IMG/VR virus record: IMGVR_UViG_3300038461_000101
Coordinates: 1-64,000 of that record
Strand: one strand, 5' to 3'
DNA length: 64,000 nucleotides
Source: a virus
Below the pieces are notes generated by a model that ran no database searches, was not told the DNA's origin, and saw only the letters and a program-made list of their open reading frames with translations. Each line of letters opens with the position of its first letter. The stretch's first letter is position 1. The position numbers and the translations under genes were made by a program. Shown piece after piece: positions 56,801-64,000 of the stretch.

Positions 56801-59800
56801 TAAGTAATCAACACCCTGAGCATATCCCTCTGCCATACGTTGTGCCCCAACCTGAGAGAGTGGAGCTGTTGGATTTTGCACCATGAAAGTTGCAGGAGCA
56901 ATCAGAGTTTCCTGGGTACCCTTATATCCTTTGTCTACCATGTTGGTAGCAAGGGCTGCAGCGGCCTCGGTTGGAGATCCTACAGAAGCCATGAAACCCA
57001 TTGCTTTGGCAAAAGATGATGGAGTACCAGTTTCACTAAGAGCAGCTGTAGCTCCCTTATACATTGTACTGGATTGCTGGATAGCAGCCAGTTTTGTAGC
57101 AGATCCCTGGATACCAAGAGCTGTACCGATCTTGGCAGTCTCGGTTGAGAAGTATGCTTCTATGTCCGATCCCATGAAACCATAGGTCAAGTTGGTATTA
57201 TTACCTGGCATTGCTCTTGCAGCGGCATAACCTACCGATGTAGTATCCCGGGCCTCAGCAGAAGCAACAAAGGATCCTACACCTACTGCCAATGCTGCTG
57301 CCAATCCTAACTTAGCTCCAGCACCTGGATTGGTTTCTGCAAGTTTCGGGAATGCACTTTGGAGATAGAACTCACTGGCACCGGCTGCAGCTACACCTGC
57401 AAATATTGATTGACCCAATGCCATAGGTGTGGGGTTCTTGGCACTCCAAACATCCATCATCTGTTGAGGAGTTTGTCCACCATAACGGGCTGCCATTTGT
57501 GAGGCTGCATAAGCTGCCGGAGACACAAAGGGTGCATTGGCACCAAGAACACCATTGGCATAATTCGCCATAGCCTGCTGAGCCTGCTGAGCTTCAGGGG
57601 CACCATAACCAACACCTTCAGTGATAATGCCAGCAATACTTCTGGCATACATCAAGCCAAATCCACCAAGAGCTTTACGAGCAAATCTTGCAAATGGGGA
57701 CATGGCAGCATTGACAGCTATGGCTTTGTCGCCCTGCATTTCGGCTGATGTTTGTTCGAGTAGGCCCTGGTCAGCCTGAGTAATCATGCCACCATTAGCT
57801 TTGGTTCTGGCAGAGATCTCAGCCACAGTTGCCACATTAGAAGCAAGTCTGGACTCAGCAAGTGGACCCTTGAGGGCTGCTTGAGCTTTCTCAAAAGCTT
57901 CACCAGTACTCTTTACGGCAGCGGCATGTTGAGTTACTGATTTGGTATCATCTCTTAAAGCGGCTGCATGGGCTACTGCTGTCTTCTGTAATTCATCCAC
58001 GGCTGCCTGGGCAGCTGGATTGAGTTGTGTTCTCTTCTCAAAGGATCCACTCAAAACATCAGCACCACTTTCACCCTTGATGGCTTTCAGTGTACCGGCC
58101 ATCTGAGTGAAGGAATCTGGTAGGGCTGCCTTGGTGACATCACCAGTTAGACCCGACTGCATTCTCACAACTGCATTAGCTACACCAGCAAGTTCTGGAT
58201 TGGTTCGAAGGATCCCTTGAAGGGCTTGGGCTTTTTCTTGATAACCCATTCCTGGATTGAAGAGGCCTCGTTGGGCCATTGCCGCATTGAGTTTGGCAAA
58301 GTCCTGTCCTCCAGTACCTACTCCAGAGACCAGATTATTGATTTGGTTCAGCTGCTCAACATTGCTTGTGATCGAACCAAGAACTCCCTGCAGACCAAAA
58401 CCTACATTGATTGCATGACCTAACTGGCCGGGAGCTTCTTCAGCAGCCTCAGTATTTTCAATCATTGCCCGTTCACTAGGCGATATATCAATAGGATCTG
58501 CAAAGGAAGTAGCTACAGATCCCATGATCACTTTCTTCTTGATATTCGCCAATGTCTTGATACGGGCAGCTTCAGGGGCCAACTTACCAATTAGTCGAAG
58601 AGCATTGGGACCACCAAGCCCCTTACCTACACCTTCAACAATTTCTTTTGTGGTGGGTGGATTGCCAGTGCGAGGAAGAAGATTCTCTGCTTCCAGAATG
58701 TCCTGAATACGATTGACCGTTTCAGTGCCAGTAACATCCTCACCCATATCGGTTACAGGACCAGCCATGCCAATGGCAGCCAGGGCTGCTTGGATTGCAT
58801 CCTTGGCTACTCCATGGCTCATTCTGAATATCTGTGAAGCTTCATTCCCGAGCATAACTTTCTCGACATCGGGATTGTAGGTCGTGGAACCAGGTTCAGC
58901 CAGATAGGAACTTACTCGCTGATTTTGGTTATTGAAAACAGGGATCTCGTTGGTTCTGAAATGACCAATGATGGTATCGCCTTCGCCACCGTAGAAGTTG
59001 ATCCTTCCACCTTGGCGAGGAATGATTGTTTCACCAGCCTGAACCGTAATATCTCCATGACCTTCAGCATCTTTTCGACCATGTAGATCTTCAGGACGAA
59101 TGGGGCCACCAGTATCGAATCGCTTATCACCACTCTCTGATTTCTTGGGCCACTTTGGAATTTCAGGGCCGCCTGATTCTGGCTTAGGAGGCCAGGGATA
59201 GGCTGTCTCATCACCAAAGGGAATTTCTGGAATGTCATCCCAATTGAAGTTATCAGGTCCATCCAGAGGAGTTGGAGTTTTCGGAAGTTGTCTGGCCGCA
59301 TCTCTCTTCGCTTTTTGGTTGGCTTTCCATTCTGCAAGCCATTTGGCATATTCTGCAGGATCTGAAATGTGACCAGATTTTGTCGGCCCATTGCCAGATG
59401 TTCCAATTGGAAGATCGGTAGATGTAGTGGGTGGACCCATTGGAGGAAGACCCTGATTGGGTACACCCGTAGGAAGTGAAGCCAAAACTTCTCCCTGCAG
59501 GGGAGTAAGCCTCAAAGCTGATTCAATTACTTTAGTAGGAGTAACTTGACCAAGTGCATTCTTGGCAAGCTGATTGGCACCCTTATGGAGCAATTGGATG
59601 GTCTTCCCCATCTGTGCTTCAACTTTTTTGTCAGCCAGGACCGCTGCATCGGCAGGTGACATTGGGGTAGCAGCCCTTGCCCCATAGGTTCCCATGAGTT
59701 CTTCAAGAACTGCTTCAGGAGCCATTCCTTTGGCTTCAGCGAATGGTGTGATCAGGTCTCTTATTTCCTGGTCGGCATAGGTATAAGCATCGACTGGAGA

Positions 59801-62800
59801 AATACCTCTGGACACGGCTCGTTGAGCATACATATGAGCCTTGTAATCAATGGCACTGACAACGGTATTTTCCTCTGGAAGAGTATAGGGAATGCCATAA
59901 TTGTTTGCCAGGGTTATCAGTTGACTGCGGGTAATGCTATCGGGAATATCTCCAATTGATTTGGAGATCATGGCTGCAGGAACATTTACCTTGCGTTGAA
60001 GAAGGTTGATGATACCAGCCGCCCGAGTAATGGCTTCAACGTGGAACTTGTTCTCAAAGACGTTCCTTGCAATCCTGGACTCGTTTAGGAACTTCTCTTC
60101 TTGAGATCCAGGGGCCGGTTTCTGATATTCCAAACCTTCTGCTTTTCGAGTGGCTGCAGTAACAAAGGGTAGGAAAGCTGGTAGGCTCATCATAGATTGG
60201 GTGAATGGTTTGCGTTGTCTCTGACCAAGTTCTGTCGAGACATCTGCCAGTCGATGCAACCCATGCTCAGCCAATTCTTTGGAGCTGTAGAGATTCCCCG
60301 TGTCTGGATTTACTGGATCACCAGTCAGAGTATTGATATGGTTGGTGATTGCAACCAGATACTGGCTGCTCAGATCCTTGGAGGGATCGGCGGCTTCCAG
60401 CTTCTTTTGAAGAATAGATTCCTGGCCTGGATAACTGAATGCCTGAGCCAGAAATTCAGGACTGGCAATTTCAAAACCTTCTCCCTTACCACCCACCTTG
60501 ATCTTGGTTGTCATCATGGCTGCGATAGAACCAAGAGCATTCACTACCTGGGGCTGGTCAAGTGTTTGTAGTGGAATTGCCATTCGGTTGGTTCGGCCAC
60601 GTTCATTGACCACGTTGCTACCAATAATTAGCTCGGCCTCACCAGTTCTTTCATTCAATCCAAAGCGAGACTTGGCAATGGCACCGGCCCAACCAACACC
60701 TTGGGTTTCCTGACCAAGATTTGTCTTATCCAAGGGGAATTGATAGAAGGACTGCATTCCTGCATAGATCCGAGATTGAGCTTCTTCGGAGTAACCAGAA
60801 GCAGCCATTGTAGGAATGACAACTCGACGGATGTTATAGGATTCGCCCATGCCAATTTGGGCATACCAGGAGTTCAGACCGGCACTAATCACATCCCCAT
60901 ATTTCTTCCAACCAGCCTTCTTGATGGTTTCTCCAATGACGTTGAAGTTGGGATCCACTAGATCATTGACAGCCTTTACAGCACCACTGGCAAGATCGGC
61001 TTGTTCAGGGCGGAACATCTTTGACTCAATATCGAAGGTTCCTTTGGTAGTGAGGCGTTGACGGTTCTTCAGTTCCTGGAATGCTTTGCCTTGTTCAGCA
61101 TTGCCACCCATGACAAAAGCACCTACCACAGGATCATAGTCAAAGTCACCTACACCTACGCTGGCAAATTGCTGAGAGACAAAGAGAGCACCCTTGAACT
61201 CTGGACTGTGAAGAAGCTGGTTCATGAACTTGCCACCAGTGCGGTTGCGCATCTCCTCGTCACCAAGGAGATTGACACCCATAATACTTTCCAGTTCAGT
61301 GCCCTGCGGATAACGAAGCATGAAACCCTGCAGTGGGCCACCCATGGACAATTCCTTCATAGCCTGCTTCATATCCTTGCGCCGAACACCACCTGCTTCC
61401 AGTAACTTTCGGCGTTCTGCAGGTGGCAACCAGACTTCATCAGGGCCTAAGGCACCTAAGTAACCAAACCGACCACCCCAACCAGTAGGCATAGGTCGGT
61501 TATGGACAGCCTTATAAGCCTCACCACCACCTTGGAAAATATCTCTCCATTGATCGAACAAACCTTTTACTGCAGTCTGACCATATTCCTGGAGTTTCTC
61601 AGGAGCTGTGCCAGAGAAGGCTTGGAGTTGGGCAAGTTTCTCAATGCCCTTACCCCACGTTCTGGTAACACCACCGATCTCTTCTCCGGTAGGGCCCTTG
61701 AACTGCAGTTCCTTGACGGTCAGGGGGTTCATGTCATAGGTATTGGAAAGCGGAAAATAGAGTAAGCGATTATCACCTTCCTTGATGTCAAGGATCCCGG
61801 CCATCCGATCGAGGGTTTCCTCGGTCATATTGCGACCACCACCGGTCGCTCCAACGATACCAGCCATAGCCAGGGCTTTGCCCTGATCTACTTCGATATA
61901 GGAAGTAGGGAGAATAGCGGGGGTTTGACCTTCACTTACACCCATCTGCCAGGAAACAAATGCTGAGGCTGCGGTGAGTGCCTTAGCCTGGGCTCCCTGA
62001 TGCTGGATTGGTTTTGAAACATCCAGCCCCATCTCTGAAGCAAATTCTGGAAATTTGGCTGTAATAGATCGGGCCAACTCTTCATTGGCACCATGCCCAT
62101 GCACAAATTCCAATTGCCGGGGAAGAGCTGTACGAGCGATCATTGCATGACCAGAAGCAATTTGAGAAAGGGTGATCATGTCTGATCGACCCAATGCTTC
62201 CTGCCCAATCAATGCTTTGGCGGCTGCCTGAACATCAATTGTTCCACCTGTTTTGAATTGGTTCAGAACAGCGTCAATGTCTGCCTGGGTAGCTCCTGGT
62301 TTTTTGCCTCGAACACTTCTGGCTGTAATCTGTTGAATGAACTCAAGGTTGGCCGGATGAGTAGGCCCATAGGGTACTTCGATGTTTGGGAGATACCCAA
62401 TTCCGAAACTCTTCAGGTTGAATAGATTGCGTCTTCGTTGTTTCTCATTTGCCATATCGACATCAACGAAGACCTTCTGGAATACATCCAGACCAAGGCC
62501 CTCTGAAGGTTCTTTCCAACCTCCACCAGCTGCATTGAACTTTTGGGCGATCTCTTCCCAATCGGTTGTCTCATTGCTTTTTCCCAACCAACGAGACACT
62601 TTGTAGGCTGCATTGCTGGCATCGCCTTCTGTTTGTCTACTATAGGAACGGAAGATTCCTGCCAATTGCGATCGTGATTGGTATCCTAAGATACCTTCGG
62701 TGATTGCAGAACCACCTTTCATTTCCCCGGTCACGTATTGAACATTTAGATTGCCAGTGCCCAGGGGAACTTTCAATCTTTCACCAGTTGGGGTGAGAGA

Positions 62801-64000
62801 GTATTTGTAGCCAAGACCACCTACTTTGGTAGGCACATCATAGCCAACCCCACCAATGTCAAGTGAAACCTTATCAATGCCAAGAGCACGAACAGCCCAT
62901 CCGGTTCGAGCAGTTATATCTCTGGCAACATCTTCAGTGGATACAGCATTGAGATCCGTCATTGGCACAGGAGCCCCGGTATCCTTGTGCATGAAGGCTG
63001 GAATAGTCATTGAGATTTGAGTTGGAGAAAATTTGGAAGATCCTGTTTTGAAGGTTAGTGGATCACCATTGATTGTTCCTGCACTATAGGTATGCCCAGG
63101 AAGGTATCGTTTCCCACGAATGTCCTTGATCTGAAGGGGACTGTTTGGACCAGCCAATGATCGTATATCTTCAATGGGAACATTGACTGGCTCAGTAGTA
63201 GGATACCCATATGTCTTTTCTCTTTGGGCTCCTGGCATGACCATCGCAAGACCACCACCACCAATGAATGTGGGGGTGAATAAGACATTTCCAATCTCAT
63301 TTACTCTTGGTTCGGCTTCTCCTGGAACTCTCAAAGTGGCAATTCCATAACTTGGAGCATATCGGTTCATGATGGGTTGAGGCTGGTTTTCAACCAGTTC
63401 ATCACGACCTTCGAGATGGATCCAGTGATAGGGTTTGGCTCCGCCACGACCATAATCAATGCTTGGAACGCCCACCATCTTTTCAGCATTTCGAAGACCA
63501 TAGACCATATCAGTGGTCGCATCATATTCACCAATGGGACTGAGGTTGGCTTTCTTATCCAATGCCATACCAATCCCACGAGCATCTTGCCAACGAACAC
63601 CAGGTGCATGAAGAGGATCTATGGGGCCATAGCCGGTCATCAATTTCATGTTCAGCATCTTGAGAGCATCCTGCTGCTCGTAGGGTGCCAATTTGGTTTG
63701 GTCAAATTTTTGGGTTACTACATTGATGCCCTGGACTTCCCTATTCTCAACCGCCTGGAAGGAGTTCCATGGAGTACGACTATATTTACGAGTGTTAAAC
63801 TCGGCATTTAGAGCAGTATTAGGACTTTCTCCTATACCCTTATAGAATGTTGTCCAGGCATTTTTGATAGAAGATGCAAGATTCTCCAAAGGTGTAGTGA
63901 TTTCATCTCGAACATCATTTTTGGAAAAATAAGTAAGGGTATGGGTGGATGGAATTACAACAGCACTACCACGTTCTTCCTGGTTCCCGATCATTGGCAC
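53804..64000 (-). CDS. Giant tape-measure-like protein with a putative two-barrel RNA polymerase region and a Hint domain, 5'-partial
   Basis: Open for >3,398 aa to the window edge. MLRYP (61307-61321) and GDFDYD (61133-61150), Ala/Gly/Gln-rich helical middle, Hint domain, C-terminal AAGG...VG...EL motif of tape measure proteins. Confidence 0.75.
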   Translation of the reverse strand: MPMIGNQEERGSAVVIPSTHTLTYFSKNDVRDEITTPLENLASSIKNAWTTFYKGIGESPNTALNAEFNTRKYSRTPWNSFQAVENREVQGINVVTQKFDQTKLAPYEQQDALKMLNMKLMTGYGPIDPLHAPGVRWQDARGIGMALDKKANLSPIGEYDATTDMVYGLRNAEKMVGVPSIDYGRGGAKPYHWIHLEGRDELVENQPQPIMNRYAPSYGIATLRVPGEAEPRVNEIGNVLFTPTFIGGGGLAMVMPGAQREKTYGYPTTEPVNVPIEDIRSLAGPNSPLQIKDIRGKRYLPGHTYSAGTINGDPLTFKTGSSKFSPTQISMTIPAFMHKDTGAPVPMTDLNAVSTEDVARDITARTGWAVRALGIDKVSLDIGGVGYDVPTKVGGLGYKYSLTPTGERLKVPLGTGNLNVQYVTGEMKGGSAITEGILGYQSRSQLAGIFRSYSRQTEGDASNAAYKVSRWLGKSNETTDWEEIAQKFNAAGGGWKEPSEGLGLDVFQKVFVDVDMANEKQRRRNLFNLKSFGIGYLPNIEVPYGPTHPANLEFIQQITARSVRGKKPGATQADIDAVLNQFKTGGTIDVQAAAKALIGQEALGRSDMITLSQIASGHAMIARTALPRQLEFVHGHGANEELARSITAKFPEFASEMGLDVSKPIQHQGAQAKALTAASAFVSWQMGVSEGQTPAILPTSYIEVDQGKALAMAGIVGATGGGRNMTEETLDRMAGILDIKEGDNRLLYFPLSNTYDMNPLTVKELQFKGPTGEEIGGVTRTWGKGIEKLAQLQAFSGTAPEKLQEYGQTAVKGLFDQWRDIFQGGGEAYKAVHNRPMPTGWGGRFGYLGALGPDEVWLPPAERRKLLEAGGVRRKDMKQAMKELSMGGPLQGFMLRYPQGTELESIMGVNLLGDEEMRNRTGGKFMNQLLHSPEFKGALFVSQQFASVGVGDFDYDPVVGAFVMGGNAEQGKAFQELKNRQRLTTKGTFDIESKMFRPEQADLASGAVKAVNDLVDPNFNVIGETIKKAGWKKYGDVISAGLNSWYAQIGMGESYNIRRVVIPTMAASGYSEEAQSRIYAGMQSFYQFPLDKTNLGQETQGVGWAGAIAKSRFGLNERTGEAELIIGSNVVNERGRTNRMAIPLQTLDQPQVVNALGSIAAMMTTKIKVGGKGEGFEIASPEFLAQAFSYPGQESILQKKLEAADPSKDLSSQYLVAITNHINTLTGDPVNPDTGNLYSSKELAEHGLHRLADVSTELGQRQRKPFTQSMMSLPAFLPFVTAATRKAEGLEYQKPAPGSQEEKFLNESRIARNVFENKFHVEAITRAAGIINLLQRKVNVPAAMISKSIGDIPDSITRSQLITLANNYGIPYTLPEENTVVSAIDYKAHMYAQRAVSRGISPVDAYTYADQEIRDLITPFAEAKGMAPEAVLEELMGTYGARAATPMSPADAAVLADKKVEAQMGKTIQLLHKGANQLAKNALGQVTPTKVIESALRLTPLQGEVLASLPTGVPNQGLPPMGPPTTSTDLPIGTSGNGPTKSGHISDPAEYAKWLAEWKANQKAKRDAARQLPKTPTPLDGPDNFNWDDIPEIPFGDETAYPWPPKPESGGPEIPKWPKKSESGDKRFDTGGPIRPEDLHGRKDAEGHGDITVQAGETIIPRQGGRINFYGGEGDTIIGHFRTNEIPVFNNQNQRVSSYLAEPGSTTYNPDVEKVMLGNEASQIFRMSHGVAKDAIQAALAAIGMAGPVTDMGEDVTGTETVNRIQDILEAENLLPRTGNPPTTKEIVEGVGKGLGGPNALRLIGKLAPEAARIKTLANIKKKVIMGSVATSFADPIDISPSERAMIENTEAAEEAPGQLGHAINVGFGLQGVLGSITSNVEQLNQINNLVSGVGTGGQDFAKLNAAMAQRGLFNPGMGYQEKAQALQGILRTNPELAGVANAVVRMQSGLTGDVTKAALPDSFTQMAGTLKAIKGESGADVLSGSFEKRTQLNPAAQAAVDELQKTAVAHAAALRDDTKSVTQHAAAVKSTGEAFEKAQAALKGPLAESRLASNVATVAEISARTKANGGMITQADQGLLEQTSAEMQGDKAIAVNAAMSPFARFARKALGGFGLMYARSIAGIITEGVGYGAPEAQQAQQAMANYANGVLGANAPFVSPAAYAASQMAARYGGQTPQQMMDVWSAKNPTPMALGQSIFAGVAAAGASEFYLQSAFPKLAETNPGAGAKLGLAAALAVGVGSFVASAEARDTTSVGYAAARAMPGNNTNLTYGFMGSDIEAYFSTETAKIGTALGIQGSATKLAAIQQSSTMYKGATAALSETGTPSSFAKAMGFMASVGSPTEAAAALATNMVDKGYKGTQETLIAPATFMVQNPTAPLSQVGAQRMAEGYAQGVDYLGAYQNLLYGLGYPQAQITGTRNQPSLAATIVANQLNNEKVPMSMQEQKLFAAGAATLGNMPSLRWSEMGRLATSGTPSQAQMTQMNTWAQAWGGLDQTTTQYYQAASQKFTAQTMLGIPTGINPLDLAPMQQTIGAAQVMQNQANSYASLEARRDNLANTMGMQAATAGDAEMVAKIAAAFGPPTTTSGHESINGSPATTLSTPPLTITKTAATLGNTSVDLQKLKSDLAAKAAQGNKPSVSPGISEKDYFSKNPIPKSIMDVVNHVLKFANIGGERATAVPSSLSPQPSTRDNLINALNNNDIGITPPAVAPTAPLAGPEAIKRVQDVAPTGYTIPFQDYTMWEMISQKNPLGFGVAAAKYGINYNKMAPLPLMGGGTMPAYNLARTDVTPGGQLTGMAYGTSSLGILGGPSSSEMAGKIFGAGWENNPYMAAAAAGGSIKVQQTAIAKNYELAMAGVGVQQQGIAANLAFTTGVGLQNYAGLVNPQTGGNFGLNTGKVSWSIPGTGSFTSQGGGQWGIEDAQRALGIAQTQFGFGMQQKQINLQSSQFYQSMGLQAQGMALGRAQGTEEFGFNTAMAAQQFGFSQTMYKEQARFTSGRERRLGEMQQKENITEYNMQTSQRQTEFGYQKQQWALQEAQYKLQIKQFEETKQLQQQQLDKAKEFYAVQMDLELQSIKLARANFVEQQKLATESAGIAAQAAKDQKDLSTTELDLSTDAAKAAGAVALLDAGLVQAWKDIMKALGLPIPTDEGRLCCFLAGTKILMGDGSERAIEDVKLGDIVMGKNDHFEKEGVEVHGLIQPIREGIWTIKFASGQILNLTNDHPMYTRHGWKSIDPLASEKSYYGLDIIGGLEIGDEILTFEEGYESIIDMSYTEVEVPTYTMVVGGQHEYYAEKMLTHNSVKCAAGGSVRPGGSAIVGDSLSGIPTGYEELVTALPGGGFNVTPNSQLKGSSLNHSLSLARGTGGGNTPQVIQIFIGNEKIRDFIIRTVAQDLNN
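54095..54532 (-). other. Hint domain / mini-intein (146 aa) within the giant protein
   Basis: CFLAGTKILMGDG (block A), LTNDHP (block B TxxH), YTMVV..QHEYYA..MLTHN then +1 Ser. No endonuclease domain. Confidence 0.9.
59401..59412. repeat. TTCCAATTGGAA palindrome copy 9
   Basis: Exact match. Confidence 0.85.

Noticed and set aside
1-64000. Alternative genetic code
   Set aside because: Genes tile tightly under the standard code with TAA, TAG and TGA all used as stops, often coupled to the next start.

Overview
A 64 kb segment of a large tailed-phage genome, not a cellular chromosome. A densely packed + strand arm (1 to about 38,400) carries about 85 mostly small hypothetical genes plus DNA-metabolism genes (SSB, ParB-like, HIRAN, PD-(D/E)XK nuclease, C5 DNA methyltransferase, DnaC-like and DnaB-like ATPases, a Rad52/Mgm101-like annealing protein, two radical SAM enzymes). 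It meets a - strand lysis/tail arm (38,483-64,000) at a bidirectional terminator. The SSB resembles those of Anaerolineae, hinting at a Chloroflexota host. Four observations stand out. (1) A >3,398 aa ORF in the tape-measure position carries two-barrel RNA polymerase-like motifs (MLRYP...GDFDYD) and a C-terminal Hint/mini-intein, suggesting a virion-delivered RNA polymerase fused to the tape measure protein. (2) A DIP1984-like coiled-coil gene is followed immediately by a ~320 nt non-coding element closed by a perfect 20 bp stem and holding five CCGAYT repeats, a candidate protein-ncRNA system. (3) The 12 bp palindrome TTCCAATTGGAA occurs at least 9 times, spread along the window. (4) A Thr/Ser-rich collagen-like fibre with a foldon sits next to a GT4 glycosyltransferase and is split by a one-base frameshift. 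All family assignments are by-eye motif recognition; no database searches were run.
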